In this document: in pieces, positions 32,013 through 42,508 of the stretch
Numbering within the stretch: position 1 is the stretch's first letter
Layout: each line of letters starts with the position of its first letter
Source of the DNA: Dehalococcoidia bacterium
GTDB lineage: Bacteria > Chloroflexota > Dehalococcoidia > GIF9 > UBA5629
Assembly: GCA_050011565.1 (NCBI GenBank)
Contig: JBEKIW010000005.1
Coordinates: forward strand, 64,001-128,000
Length of the DNA: 64,000 bases
Direction of reading: 5' to 3'
The notes under the pieces: generated by a model
What the model saw: the letters and a program-made list of their open reading frames with translations, nothing else
The model's database searches: none
What the model was told of the DNA's origin: nothing
Translations under genes and position numbers: made by a program

Positions 32013-33405
32013 TAATCTTACCGGTAAGCCTTCTAGCTTTAGTCAAGGCAGCCAGTACCTGCTCCGGCGCCGTGCCACCAACAACATTGCGAGCCGCAAC
32101 CGAAGTATTCAAAGTAATGCTATATACATCGCCGGCAAAAAGAGGCGAGAATTTTCGATATTCGCTAAGGCTCAGTTCCTGGAAGCTCTTACTTTTGCCG
32201 ATTGCATATTGCACCAGCTCGCCTACAATTTTGTGCGCCTCTCGGAAAGGCAGCCCCTTATTCACCAGATAGTCCGCCACATCGGTAGCCAGCAAATAGC
32301 TGCCCGACATTACCTGCCGCATCCGGTCGGCATTGATTTTCATTCCCTTTATCAATCCCGCAAAAACTCCTAAAGTTGTTAGAAGTTTATCCACGGTGTC
32401 AAAAAGTCCCTCTTTGTCTTCCTGCATATCGCGGTTGTAAGCCAGCGGTAGCCCCTTCATCACCGTCAACAGGCCGAGCAGATTTCCGTAAACTGTGCCT
32501 GTCTTACCTCTGGCCAGCTCTACCACGTCAGGGTTCTTTTTCTGAGGCATGATGCTGCTGCTCGTCGCATAGGCGTCATCAAGCTCTACAAAGCTGAACT
32601 CTTCCGAAGACCAGAGCACTATCTCTTCCGCTAACCGCGATATATGCATCATGGTAATGGCAGCGGCAGCTTCATATTCAATGACAAAATCCCGGTCAGA
32701 TACAGCATCGAGGCTATTTCTGCTTAATTCGCTGAATTCCAGCTTCTTAGCTACAAAGTCGCGGTCGATAGAGTAACCTACTCCAGCCAGAGCGCCGCTG
32801 CCCAACGGCAGTACATCGGTACGCTTCAAGCAGTCCTGGAATCTCGTCACATCCCGTTGCAGCATCTCGAAATAAGCCAGGATATGGTGGGCAAAAAGGA
32901 CAGGCTGGGCCTGTTGCAGGTGAGTGTATCCGGGCATAATCGCAGATTTGTTTGCCTCAGCCAAATCCAGTAGTGCCAACTGGAAACCTTTTAGTTTGCT
33001 AACAGTTTCCGAAATAGCTTCCTTGACGAAAAGGCGCAAGTCCAGGGCTACTTGGTCGTTTCTGGAACGGGCAGTATGCAGCTTGCCGGCCACGTCGCCT
33101 ATTTTTTCAAACAGCCGGCTCTCAATATTCATGTGTATATCTTCGAGTTCGAGCTTAAATTCCAGTTTACCCTGTTCTATCTCCTCCCGGATGGAGACAA
33201 GACCCTTAACAATAAGCTCAGCGTCTTTCTTCGATATCAGGCCCTGATTGGCCAGCATCTGGGCATGCGCCATGCTCCCGGCGATGTCATGTTTATACAA
33301 TCGCCAGTCAAAGGGGATGGATGCAACATATTTTTCTACGCTTTTATCGACGCCCTTCTTAAAGCGACTGCGTAAGTGACCTTTAACCTCGTCTTTTTTA
33401 GCCAT
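32002..33405 (-). CDS. argH: Argininosuccinate lyase
   Basis: EDIHMNIE, HTARSRNDQ, PGYTHLQ and SSIMPQKKNPD. Confidence 0.98.
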   Translation of the reverse strand: MAKKDEVKGHLRSRFKKGVDKSVEKYVASIPFDWRLYKHDIAGSMAHAQMLANQGLISKKDAELIVKGLVSIREEIEQGKLEFKLELEDIHMNIESRLFEKIGDVAGKLHTARSRNDQVALDLRLFVKEAISETVSKLKGFQLALLDLAEANKSAIMPGYTHLQQAQPVLFAHHILAYFEMLQRDVTRFQDCLKRTDVLPLGSGALAGVGYSIDRDFVAKKLEFSELSRNSLDAVSDRDFVIEYEAAAAITMMHISRLAEEIVLWSSEEFSFVELDDAYATSSSIMPQKKNPDVVELARGKTGTVYGNLLGLLTVMKGLPLAYNRDMQEDKEGLFDTVDKLLTTLGVFAGLIKGMKINADRMRQVMSGSYLLATDVADYLVNKGLPFREAHKIVGELVQYAIGKSKSFQELSLSEYRKFSPLFAGDVYSITLNTSVAARNVVGGTAPEQVLAALTKARRLTGKINAK

Positions 33406-33423
33406 CTATTTTTCTCGAATATC

Positions 33424-34647
33424 TCAAGCTTTCTTTTTGGGTTTCTTCTCTGCACCCTCGCCCTGAACTCTTGCCTGCACCTTGGTTGGCAGTCCGAAGA
33501 TGTGAATGAAGCCAAGTGAAGCGCTCTGGTCGAAAACATCACCTTTGTCGTAAGTGGCCAGGCCATAGTCATATAAAGAGACCGGAGATTTCCTGCCTAC
33601 TACAATACAGTTCCCTTTATAGAGTTTGACTCTTATAGTGCCGGTTACGTGTTTTTGAGCGCGGTCCACATATGCCGCCAGGTCCCGGCGCAACTGCGTA
33701 AACCACAGGCCGTTATAAATGATATCCGCATACTCACTGGAAACTTTCTCATTGAAACGGAGCTGCTGGTGAGATAAGGTCATAGCTTCCATGGCTTGAT
33801 GAGCTTTCAGCAGAACCATAGCTGCCGGGGACTCATAGATTTCCCTCGACTTTATGCCTACCAGTCTGCTTTCCACATGGTCGACTCTACCTACGCCGTG
33901 TTTACCGGCTAATTGATTAAGCTGCTGAATAAGAGCCACGCCATCCAACTTTTTGCCATTAAGGCTTACCGGTATTCCTTCCTCGAAACCGATCTCTACA
34001 TATTCAGGCTTATCAGGAGCTGCCGCCGGTGATTTAGTCCAGGCGAAAACCTCCTCCGGCGGCTCAACCCAGGGATCCTCCAGCACGCCGCATTCTATAC
34101 TCCTGCCCCATAGATTCTCATCTATCGAGTACGGACTGGCTGCCTTAACAGGTATAGGGATGCCATACTTTTCAGCGTAGGCAATGGTCTCTTCTCGAGT
34201 CATACCCCACTCCCGCGCCGGTGCTATAATTTTTAGTTTTGGGGCCAGCGCCGCTACACTTACATCGAAGCGGACCTGGTCATTACCCTTACCCGTCGAG
34301 CCGTGAGCTACGGCAACAGCGCCCTCTTTTATAGCGGTATCCACCAGCAATTTTGTTATCAATGGCCGACCGAGCGCCGTAGCCAAAGGGTACTGTTTCT
34401 CATAAATGGCATTGGCTTTGAGAGCCGGGAAGACAAAGGAATCGACAAAAAGTTTTTTAGCATCAATTGTTAATGCCTTAACAGCTCCTATCTTCATCGC
34501 CTTTCTTTGGATGGCCGGCAACTCACCAACGCCGCCTATGTCTGCGGTAAGCGCAATTACTCCCATGTTGTATTTATCCGCCAGCCACTTTATGGCTGCC
34601 GAAGTATCAAGGCCTCCGCTATAGGCCAGTACTACCTTTTCTGCCAT
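33424..34647 (-). CDS. argG: Argininosuccinate synthase
   Basis: LAYSGGLDTS, HGSTGKGNDQVRF and GIKSREIYE. Confidence 0.98.
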   Translation of the reverse strand: MAEKVVLAYSGGLDTSAAIKWLADKYNMGVIALTADIGGVGELPAIQRKAMKIGAVKALTIDAKKLFVDSFVFPALKANAIYEKQYPLATALGRPLITKLLVDTAIKEGAVAVAHGSTGKGNDQVRFDVSVAALAPKLKIIAPAREWGMTREETIAYAEKYGIPIPVKAASPYSIDENLWGRSIECGVLEDPWVEPPEEVFAWTKSPAAAPDKPEYVEIGFEEGIPVSLNGKKLDGVALIQQLNQLAGKHGVGRVDHVESRLVGIKSREIYESPAAMVLLKAHQAMEAMTLSHQQLRFNEKVSSEYADIIYNGLWFTQLRRDLAAYVDRAQKHVTGTIRVKLYKGNCIVVGRKSPVSLYDYGLATYDKGDVFDQSASLGFIHIFGLPTKVQARVQGEGAEKKPKKKA

Positions 34648-34649
34648 TC

Positions 34650-35834
34650 TTATAACCTCCGGACTAAAACTTTTTCCAGAATTCGCAACGCCTCGTCGAC
34701 ATCTTTCTCAGTAATGATGAGCGGCGGCATAAACCGCAAGGCATTCGGCTTGACCGCATTAACCAGCAAACCTTCTTTCAAACACTCCATCACTACATCT
34801 TGTGCTATATTATCGGTGAAGTTGAAAGCTAATAGCAGCCCACGACCTCTTATATCAGTTATGAAATTGAATTTGGCTTTCAGCGTTTCCAGGCCGGCTA
34901 TAAAATACTGCCCCAGCTTTTTAACCTTGTCCGGTATGTTATTATCGATGATAAATTTCAAGGTTGCCGTTCCAGCCGCACAGACTAAGGGATTGCCGCC
35001 GAAAGTAGAGCCATGTTCCCCGGGGGCAAAGACCGAAGCCCGTTCCTTGGCCAGAAAAACCCCGATGGGCACGCCGCCACCTAACCCCTTGGCTAGTGTC
35101 ATTATATCCGGTTCAACACCATATTGCTCGTAGCCGAACAGGCTGCCTATCCGGCCAATCCCGGTTTGAATCTCATCCAGAATAAACAAAATGCCTTTTT
35201 CATCGCACCAGTCTCGAATCTCCTTAAGATATTCATCATGCGGTACATTAACGCCACCCTCGCCCTGAATGGGCTCCACCATCACAGCACAGGTTCGACC
35301 GGTGGTCGCCGCTTTAATGGCCTTGATGCTATCGTAATCTACATTGACAAAACCGTCAGGGAGCGGAATGTAAGGTTGCTGGAATTTGTCCTGCCCCGTG
35401 GCTGCCACCGTGGCTAACGTCCTGCCGTGAAAAGAGCCATGGGTGGTTATGATTTCGTAAGCTCCATCCAGGTGCAGCTTTCCATAGCGGCGTGCCAGCT
35501 TCATAGCCCCTTCGACAGCCTCAGCACCGCTATTGCAAAAGAAGATCCGGTCAAGGCAGCTATTATCAATCAACAATTTAGCCAGTTGTACTTGAGGAAT
35601 AGTGTAGAACTGGTTCGATACCTGTATCAGATTATTGGCTTGTTCTGTCAGCGCCTTGACGACCACAGGATGGCAGTGTCCCAAACTGTTGACCGCCCAT
35701 CCGCCGACAAAATCAAGGTACTCCTTGCCCTCGATATCCCAAACTCGAGCTCCCTTACCACGAACCAGAGTAATGGGCAACCGATTGATTGTCCGCATAA
35801 ATAATTTCTGTTCTAATTCTTGCCAGTTTTCCAT
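34650..35834 (-). CDS. argD: Acetylornithine aminotransferase
   Basis: NSGAEA, SFHGRT, EPIQGEGG, DEIQTG and AKGLGGG; arg cluster context. Confidence 0.94.
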   Translation of the reverse strand: MENWQELEQKLFMRTINRLPITLVRGKGARVWDIEGKEYLDFVGGWAVNSLGHCHPVVVKALTEQANNLIQVSNQFYTIPQVQLAKLLIDNSCLDRIFFCNSGAEAVEGAMKLARRYGKLHLDGAYEIITTHGSFHGRTLATVAATGQDKFQQPYIPLPDGFVNVDYDSIKAIKAATTGRTCAVMVEPIQGEGGVNVPHDEYLKEIRDWCDEKGILFILDEIQTGIGRIGSLFGYEQYGVEPDIMTLAKGLGGGVPIGVFLAKERASVFAPGEHGSTFGGNPLVCAAGTATLKFIIDNNIPDKVKKLGQYFIAGLETLKAKFNFITDIRGRGLLLAFNFTDNIAQDVVMECLKEGLLVNAVKPNALRFMPPLIITEKDVDEALRILEKVLVRRL

Positions 35835-35835
35835 T

Positions 35836-36615
35836 TTACCAGCCTATCGTAGTACCATCGCCTTTGCCCTCAAACTCATCAAGCAAAGCATGAGGTACTC
35901 TACCGTCAATAATTCGGGTCATGGGCACCTTGGTCATGGCCAGGAGGCAAGCCTCAATCTTGGCCACCATGCCTCCGGAAGCCACGCCGTAGTCAATCAA
36001 TTCCCTGGCATCCTGCGGGTTTAATGTCCGGATGAGTTTCTTGGAATTATCGTAGAGACCCGGGACATCGGTAAGAAAAATAAGCTTCTCCACCTTCAGA
36101 GCAGCGGCAATCTCACCGGCAGCAGTATCACCGTTAACATTTAGCAAATTCGTATCCGTGTCCGAGCCTTCCAGCAAGCCGAGGCTTACCGGCGCTATTA
36201 CCGGTATATATCCAGCCTTAATTAATATCTCTATGACAGCCACGTTAACTTTTAATTCCTCTCCGGTATATCCCAGCTCCGGCCTTTTGTTTTTCGCCAA
36301 AATTAGGCCGCCGTCAACACCGCTCAGGCCCACTGCCCTGCCACCCTGGCGCCATATAGCCGAGACCAGTTCTTTGTTGACCAGTCCGGCCAGCACCGCC
36401 GTAACTACCTTCAATGTCTCCAAGTCGGTAATCCTCAACCCCCGAACAAAGCTGGTCTCTATGCCTAATCTCCCCAGCCATGTGGAAACCACATTGGCAC
36501 CGCCATGGACTACCACCAGCGGTACGCCTCTTTTTTGAAGCGCCACCAAATCTTCAATGGTGGTGTCGGCACTGCCCAAAGTACTACCGCCAATTTTAAT
36601 AGCTATAGGATTCAT
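35836..36615 (-). CDS. argB: Acetylglutamate kinase
   Basis: IKIGG, VHGG, GLRITD, NVNGD and GGMVAK. Confidence 0.95.
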   Translation of the reverse strand: MNPIAIKIGGSTLGSADTTIEDLVALQKRGVPLVVVHGGANVVSTWLGRLGIETSFVRGLRITDLETLKVVTAVLAGLVNKELVSAIWRQGGRAVGLSGVDGGLILAKNKRPELGYTGEELKVNVAVIEILIKAGYIPVIAPVSLGLLEGSDTDTNLLNVNGDTAAGEIAAALKVEKLIFLTDVPGLYDNSKKLIRTLNPQDARELIDYGVASGGMVAKIEACLLAMTKVPMTRIIDGRVPHALLDEFEGKGDGTTIGW

Positions 36616-36638
36616 TGGTTTTTATCTCGCAGCCCCGT

Positions 36639-37844
36639 TTAACTCGTGTAAGCGCTATTTATAGTAACATATTCCTCAGATAGGTCGCACCCCCAGGCTA
36701 CAGCTTTGCCCCGGCCGAGATTGAGGCATAATCTAACCGATACTTCCTTATCGGCTAAACCGGTGCGCATCTCCTTCTCATCAAAGGCTACCGGTGAGCC
36801 ATACTTCATAACACAGACGCCATTCAAATAAACTTCCAGCTTTCTCTCATTCACTTTGGCTCCACTCCGACCCAGCGCCGCCACAATGCGTCCCCAGTTA
36901 GGGTCATTGCCGTACATAGCCGCCTTGAACAGCGGCGAGCTGGCAATGGTGCGGGCCGCCAGGCGAGCTTGCGCTTCATTTAATGCGCTTTCAACAACAA
37001 CCTCTATTAGCTTGGTGGCACCTTCGCCATCTCGAGCTATACACTTAGCCAGATAAAGACAGACCTCGCCCAGGGCTTTTTGGAAGAGTTCTCCATTGCT
37101 TTGTTTAATAGTCGCCGTGCCAGCTACTCCGTTGGCTAAAATCACCACCGTATCGCTCGGGCTGGTATCTCCATCGATAGTAACCATATTAAAAGAATTA
37201 GCTACTGCTTTTCGTAGTGCGGACTGGAGGAAATGAGCATCCACCGTAGCATCAGTAGTCAAAAAGACAAGCAGTGTGGCCATGTTGGGATGTATCATCC
37301 CCGCCCCCTTGGCCACGCCACCGATAGTAAATCGTCCCATTTTCGATTCAACAGCTACTGCTATCTCTTTTGCGAATGTATCAGTGGTCATCATCGCCTG
37401 GGCCAGCTTATGCCCTCCGTCCTTTGTCGGAACAATCCGGCTAATGCCATCTCGAATTTGGTCCATGGGCAAAGGCACCCCAATGACACCGGTGCTGGCG
37501 ACTAACACATTCTTTGTCGGTAGCTCTAGCTTGTCGGCGGCCAACCCGGTCATCTCGACAGCATCCGCCATCCCCGAATCACCGGTGCAAGCATTGGCAC
37601 AGCCCGAATTAACCACAATCGCCTGGGCTTTCCGGCCTTTCAGATGCTTCTGTGACAGGATTACCGGCGCTGACTTGATTAAATTTGCGGTAAAAACGCC
37701 AGCAGCAACACACGGCTTCTCGGAGCACAAAATAGCCAAGTCAAGTTTATCAGGGCCTTTTATACTTGCTTCGACTGCTCCGGCCAGGAAGCCTTGAGGA
37801 GAGGTAACAGTACCTGACGTAATAGCTTTAAATCCAGCCCCCAT
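36639..37844 (-). CDS. argJ: Ornithine acetyltransferase / N-acetylglutamate synthase
   Basis: NSGCANACTG, ASTGVIG, KGAGMIHPNMAT and DGEGATK. Confidence 0.97.
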   Translation of the reverse strand: MGAGFKAITSGTVTSPQGFLAGAVEASIKGPDKLDLAILCSEKPCVAAGVFTANLIKSAPVILSQKHLKGRKAQAIVVNSGCANACTGDSGMADAVEMTGLAADKLELPTKNVLVASTGVIGVPLPMDQIRDGISRIVPTKDGGHKLAQAMMTTDTFAKEIAVAVESKMGRFTIGGVAKGAGMIHPNMATLLVFLTTDATVDAHFLQSALRKAVANSFNMVTIDGDTSPSDTVVILANGVAGTATIKQSNGELFQKALGEVCLYLAKCIARDGEGATKLIEVVVESALNEAQARLAARTIASSPLFKAAMYGNDPNWGRIVAALGRSGAKVNERKLEVYLNGVCVMKYGSPVAFDEKEMRTGLADKEVSVRLCLNLGRGKAVAWGCDLSEEYVTINSAYTS

Positions 37845-37974
37845 AAATGAGGGAATTATAATAGCACTTTTTGTCGTATATGGCTAGCTTTAATTACTTT
37901 CCAGTATAGACAAGATCCGAAACTATGCCGCAGATATGTATTTTTTGTAGTAACTACTACGGCCTGGTTAAATA

Positions 37975-38772
37975 CTATTTTCCTTTTATAGCTTCCCAGA
38001 CGAGCTCCGGCAGCATTTGCACTACCAGTCCTGCTTTCTCCCCCAGCTTGGCTTTCAGGCTGTAATAGCAGCCAGTACAGATATTTACTACCGAATTACT
38101 CTTTATGGCATCTATGATTTGTTCCATATGCGGCGGTATGTTGCAGCATAGTTTGTCGTCAATATAATTTACTTCAAGTCCCTTTATTTTCTTCAGAATG
38201 CGCACTGCCGGTTCAACATCGATCGGTTTATCTGTTATACGACGACGAAAACGGTAGCAACCTGCATAATAATCGATTTTTCTTTCCAGCTTGCCCCCTT
38301 TGAAATAGCGGTCTATGAGTTCGTGGTAGGGAATTACTTCCAGTTTAGTTAAATCTTTGTAGTTGGTGTAATTGGGTTCGCAAGCACCGCAGAAGAGTAC
38401 TATCGATTTGGCTCCCAGTTCCTTGGCCTGTTTAAAATTCTCGACTATAAATTCTTTGGAAATTTCTTTAAACCTGGCTATATCTTCCTCATTTTTAGCT
38501 ATAACCGCCGGCTGACCGATGGGCATCCAGCCACAGCAGTACTCTTTATTTAGCAGCGTATAATTTATTTTGAAACGGTCTAACAAGTTCTTAAAAGCAT
38601 GAAACACGTGTGGCATGCCCTCAGCTTGAAAGCATCCTGTAATAATCACGTTCTCTGCTTTTTTACCTATGGGAAATCCTAGCTCCTCGACGAGTATTTG
38701 TCTTTTCCTTTCGCCGGTCCCAACAGCCATACCGTATTTCCTTATGTTTTCAATCGATTTTTCATCAACCAT
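37975..38772 (-). CDS. CCG-domain (Fe-S)-binding protein, HdrB/GlpC-like
   Basis: Two repeats of GC...CC(G)...CxxC (EYCCGW/CGAC; LCCN/CTGC). Confidence 0.75.
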   Translation of the reverse strand: MVDEKSIENIRKYGMAVGTGERKRQILVEELGFPIGKKAENVIITGCFQAEGMPHVFHAFKNLLDRFKINYTLLNKEYCCGWMPIGQPAVIAKNEEDIARFKEISKEFIVENFKQAKELGAKSIVLFCGACEPNYTNYKDLTKLEVIPYHELIDRYFKGGKLERKIDYYAGCYRFRRRITDKPIDVEPAVRILKKIKGLEVNYIDDKLCCNIPPHMEQIIDAIKSNSVVNICTGCYYSLKAKLGEKAGLVVQMLPELVWEAIKGK

Positions 38773-38861
38773 TGTGCTCTGCTTTCCTATTGTCTTTTGG
38801 TAAAACGACTCCCAATCATTATACTTGAATCTTCCCAGAAATCGACAGCTCGGCTCATGCC

Positions 38862-39365
38862 CTATTTACTAAAATTAAAACTGATATCCCTGAAACATTT
38901 TCCATCGGTGTGCATCATGCAACCGTCCACCCGGGGACAAACGCTGTATTCTAATCCCAGGCCGTCGAACCAGGCATAGATTCGTTCCATAATTCCGCAT
39001 TGGTATTGGTCAATGACACCAATCTGCTTGATTCCATTGTAGGCGAAACAATTCTTCCACTCACCATGAAGGATGTTTTCTGAAGGGAAGCTGTAGGTGA
39101 AGTCCATAAAATCACCTGTGAGTATGTGAAAAGCTGCGTCTATCAGTGGCTTAAGCTCTTCAAATGTTTCCACCTTACCCATGCCTACGGCTTTTTGAAT
39201 TCTTTGGATTTCTATTATTCCCATGGCCCTAACAGCAGCTTTATTTATCTTGTTCGTCCGCTCAATGCCGCATTCCTGCAAGCAGTGATAGAACCACATG
39301 GCATCATGCGTCATCCAGTTCTTAATCAAGATTTCCTTTAATTCACTCTTCTTCAGTGACTTCAT
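38862..39365 (-). CDS. Conserved hypothetical protein (DUF6125-like, V4R-like fold)
   Basis: NWMTHDAMWF start and spaced Cys residues; family assignment from memory. Confidence 0.6.
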   Translation of the reverse strand: MKSLKKSELKEILIKNWMTHDAMWFYHCLQECGIERTNKINKAAVRAMGIIEIQRIQKAVGMGKVETFEELKPLIDAAFHILTGDFMDFTYSFPSENILHGEWKNCFAYNGIKQIGVIDQYQCGIMERIYAWFDGLGLEYSVCPRVDGCMMHTDGKCFRDISFNFSK

Positions 39366-39406
39366 GTCACATATCCCCCTATCTGTGGCCAGTCAAGGGT
39401 TTAAAT

Positions 39407-39838
39407 TTATTCTTTTTTACGTTCTTCTACCCTTAATTCCACCATGATATGCCCCCAGCCGCCGCAGTTGACACCAACATCACCACAGCCTGTCCGCTTG
39501 AACCGCATCTCGTTGGGGTCGACACCGGCATAGAAGAGCTCACTCGCTGTATAAATCAGCGGTGCCATCGAATATAAAGCTGAGAAACAAATTCTTTTGG
39601 GACAGATTTTGGTCATAAGATTACCGGAACCATCAAAGTAGAATTTCTCACCCACCTTATGCTGACTATTACACCCATGTGACTCTACGACTTCGACAAC
39701 AATCGTCTTATTCATCAATTCGGGTGCCTTGGAAATAACATCCGCATTTCTGGGATTTTCTCTGAACTTCTTCATTTCCTCGTCGCTGTAACCCAGATGC
39801 TGCTGGAAGAACTTCCACACATCTTCGCTGATTTTCAT
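39407..39838 (-). CDS. Cys-rich hypothetical protein (TIGR04076-like)
   Basis: EVVESHGC..HKVGEKF...C..RIC...GCGD...C..G.IMVEL pattern; AAGGAGG Shine-Dalgarno. Confidence 0.65.
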   Translation of the reverse strand: MKISEDVWKFFQQHLGYSDEEMKKFRENPRNADVISKAPELMNKTIVVEVVESHGCNSQHKVGEKFYFDGSGNLMTKICPKRICFSALYSMAPLIYTASELFYAGVDPNEMRFKRTGCGDVGVNCGGWGHIMVELRVEERKKE

Positions 39839-39855
39839 TTCTGTTCCCTCCTTTT

Positions 39856-39930
39856 ATAACGATTTGTTATGCCGATAATAACAAGGCATGGCAGACTTGT
39901 CAATAGGAAATATAACAATATGTTATATTT
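39856..39930. promoter_or_regulatory. Divergent promoter region with two ATAAC-N5-GTTAT operators
   Basis: ATAACGATTTGTTAT (39856-39870) and aaatATAACAATATGTTATattt (39908-39930); minus-strand TTGACA-17-TATTAT lies between them. Confidence 0.7.
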
Positions 39931-39977
39931 GTTATTAATTTTTAGCTGATTATTACAAATTGTGATAAAATTCAACC

Positions 39978-40238
39978 ATGGTCTACCGCAGCATCGGCAC
40001 CAGAATTCAGGAGGCCAGACAGGAACTGGGCCTTACCCAGCAGGAACTGGCTTCCAGGCTGGGCCTGACACAGGCCGCCCTGTCCAATTACGAGCTGGGC
40101 AAGAGACGACTTTATCTCACGAACCTGGAGCAAATCGCCGGCGTTTTAGGCAAGCCGCTGAGCTATTTTACGGAATCAGCCGCCAGCACCGAAGAAAGTG
40201 ATGTCCAAAGCTGGCTGTACCGAAATCCTCAGCGCTGA
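39978..40238 (+). CDS. XRE-family HTH regulator
   Basis: IGTRIQEARQELGLTQQELASRLGLTQAALSNYELGKR. Confidence 0.9.
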   Translation: MVYRSIGTRIQEARQELGLTQQELASRLGLTQAALSNYELGKRRLYLTNLEQIAGVLGKPLSYFTESAASTEESDVQSWLYRNPQR

Positions 40239-40287
40239 AAGGCGCCGGCAGTGGGGCTGGCAGGCGCCGCAGCCTGCCAGCGAAGGG

Positions 40288-41199
40288 CTAGGTCTGGCTG
40301 ACGCCGGCGCTCACCTGTTTCGACCTGAACAAAACCGAAATTACAATCAGCGCTATTCCGGAAATCAAGAACCCTATTCCATACGTCCTGACCGGAGCCG
40401 TAAGGTCCGCAGCCAGTTGAGGTAATTTCGCCTGGAGGCCGGACAATATACCGGATGAGCCGATAACCTGACTGAGAACCTGGATGATGAGGTAATCCAG
40501 CAACGGGCCCAGAATACAAGCCACTCCCACCAGAATGAATGTGATACCGATAGACCGCGTAATCAGCTTCGGCTGCCACCAGTGCGCCAGTGCTATAAGT
40601 AATATCAGAAGGACAGCTGCAGCAATTAAGGCTTTATACGCGGTATCTATATAACCGACAATCTTTTTGACTTGCTCAAGTTGCGTCATTACCTGCGAGC
40701 CGGCAACCGCCTCGTTAAGTACAAAACTTGGCGGTATCACATTATCGATTCCGGTATATACCTGCGACATATAGGCATCTATCTGGCTTTGTGATGCTCC
40801 CTGCAGTTCCACAGGTAGCGAATTAGTTACCGCTTCTGTTACCTTTTCTTTGACCGCAGCCCTCACCGGCTCCAGAGAAATAACCACATTTAGCTCACGG
40901 TCTTCCTTGATGTAGGCGTAGACGGCATGAATAACCGTATTGGCCTGCTCTTCAAACCATGGCGTAAGCTCTGAGACTAGCTCATCCACGGTTGCGACAT
41001 CAATGAACTCCTGACCTGGCAACTGCGCTTTCGCCTGCTCAATTACCGTCGAATAGACATCTAATTTTTCAAGTTCAGCGGTAACAAAGTCAGGATTGAG
41101 AATGGTCAGATTTAAGGAGATGATGAGGCCCAGCAGAACTAAGGCATCGAACAGCAGAAAATTAAAAACGCCCGAGAAAAAGCCTCTGACAATGCTCAT
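40288..41199 (-). CDS. Hypothetical membrane protein
   Basis: One N-terminal TM segment, a helical extracytoplasmic region and three C-terminal TM segments. Confidence 0.75.
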   Translation of the reverse strand: MSIVRGFFSGVFNFLLFDALVLLGLIISLNLTILNPDFVTAELEKLDVYSTVIEQAKAQLPGQEFIDVATVDELVSELTPWFEEQANTVIHAVYAYIKEDRELNVVISLEPVRAAVKEKVTEAVTNSLPVELQGASQSQIDAYMSQVYTGIDNVIPPSFVLNEAVAGSQVMTQLEQVKKIVGYIDTAYKALIAAAVLLILLIALAHWWQPKLITRSIGITFILVGVACILGPLLDYLIIQVLSQVIGSSGILSGLQAKLPQLAADLTAPVRTYGIGFLISGIALIVISVLFRSKQVSAGVSQT

Positions 41200-41279
41200 C
41201 GAACCGTGGGCTAATTATCAACTATATGAATTCTTAGAGTCAACTTCACTAAGAAGAGAGCGCTAAAAACCTTTTCCTT

Positions 41280-41307
41280 TGTCATTCTGAGCGAAGCGAA
41301 GAATCTC
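41280..41307 (+). repeat. REP-like element copy
   Basis: tgtcattctgagcgaagcgaagaatctc; imperfect hairpin; related copies elsewhere in the window. Confidence 0.7.
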
Positions 41308-41664
41308 ACATGGCTCCATCCAGCTGTTCCAGAGGTCAGCCGACAAAAAGTAACTGGCAGTATTCAGGAAGCTCCACGGCCCGCCGCGGCAGTCGCCGGA
41401 GCCCGCCAAACATCATGCCGGATACGAAAGCAACAGGCGGCTTGGCAAGCTCCCAAAGCGTCTCATCTTGCCTAACTTACCCCGCCAATATACTATTGTG
41501 TATAGAGTAACCTTAAGTCATTTTCTACTGAAAACCCTAAAGATCCTTATTCTATATAAGCTGGCACCTACCAAATTAAGGTTTTTTGTATGGAGTATTT
41601 TGCTTTGGTTTGGCTGAGTGTATAATTTCCATACGAGCATTTTGCCAAATCAGATAAGGAGGCG

Positions 41665-42429
41665 ATGACGATGAGTTGTAAGAAACAAGGCTATGCAAGA
41701 AAGGTTAGCACAAGCGCAACAAAGGAATTTTTTAGTGGGCATTCCGTAGAATTTGAAGATAGTATGAGGCAGATATTAGGCAAAAAGGCAAGTGGTACAG
41801 CCGATTTGGCAGGAGTTCCAACTGAGGCGAAAAGACTACTTCGAGAATCGACAAAGAAATTGTCAGTTCGTGTAGATGAAATAGTCACAATGGACACGAG
41901 GCTTCGTGAATTACTGGTATCAAAGCTAGATTCTCTGCAACAATATATTCGAGTAATTGATAAAACACCATCAGCAATGGATATATTAGGGATACTGTAC
42001 AATCTGCTAGGTATATTACTTGGATATGATTGGATGGATTGTAAGGTATATAGAACACCAATCTACTATAGGACTAAGTCACAGGAATTTGCTGACTATC
42101 GAAAAATGATATCAAAAGACTGGGATAGCATACACCAGGAAGAAAATGTGTTGGTTCTTGAAAGGCGTAGGCTCTGTTTAGAACTTCGGGAGAAAGGGAT
42201 GCATATAAATCAGGTTGCACGAGTACTTAACACATCGGAGTATGAGGTAAACCAATACCTAAAGGATGCCAATCTAGCTAAGTTGGCTAAATTATTGAAC
42301 GAAGGTTACACATATGATGACATAGTGTTTAAGCTGAGAGATGAAGATATTGGAGGTTTGCTTTCTATACTTGGTGCTCTGAGTGAAAGACGGAAATCAG
42401 CGCAGAAAAGACTAGAAGGCTCGGCATGA
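41665..42429 (+). CDS. Hypothetical protein with a possible C-terminal HTH
   Basis: AAGGAGG Shine-Dalgarno; ELREKGMHINQVARVLNTSEYEVNQYL is HTH-like. Confidence 0.65.
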   Translation: MTMSCKKQGYARKVSTSATKEFFSGHSVEFEDSMRQILGKKASGTADLAGVPTEAKRLLRESTKKLSVRVDEIVTMDTRLRELLVSKLDSLQQYIRVIDKTPSAMDILGILYNLLGILLGYDWMDCKVYRTPIYYRTKSQEFADYRKMISKDWDSIHQEENVLVLERRRLCLELREKGMHINQVARVLNTSEYEVNQYLKDANLAKLAKLLNEGYTYDDIVFKLRDEDIGGLLSILGALSERRKSAQKRLEGSA

Positions 42430-42508
42430 AATGTGTATAGTCTTTAAGTCAGTTGCAGCTTTGTTCATGTAAGGGTTATTCTAATAGATAACACATCTGA
42501 GATGCTCT

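Noticed and set aside
37975-39838. Selenocysteine or pyrrolysine read-through in the Cys-rich genes
   Set aside because: The Cys motifs are complete and no in-frame TGA/TAG interrupts a conserved domain.
41310-41510. 66-aa ORF or gene remnant beside the islet
   Set aside because: No motif, no clear ribosome-binding site and no consistent frame on either strand.
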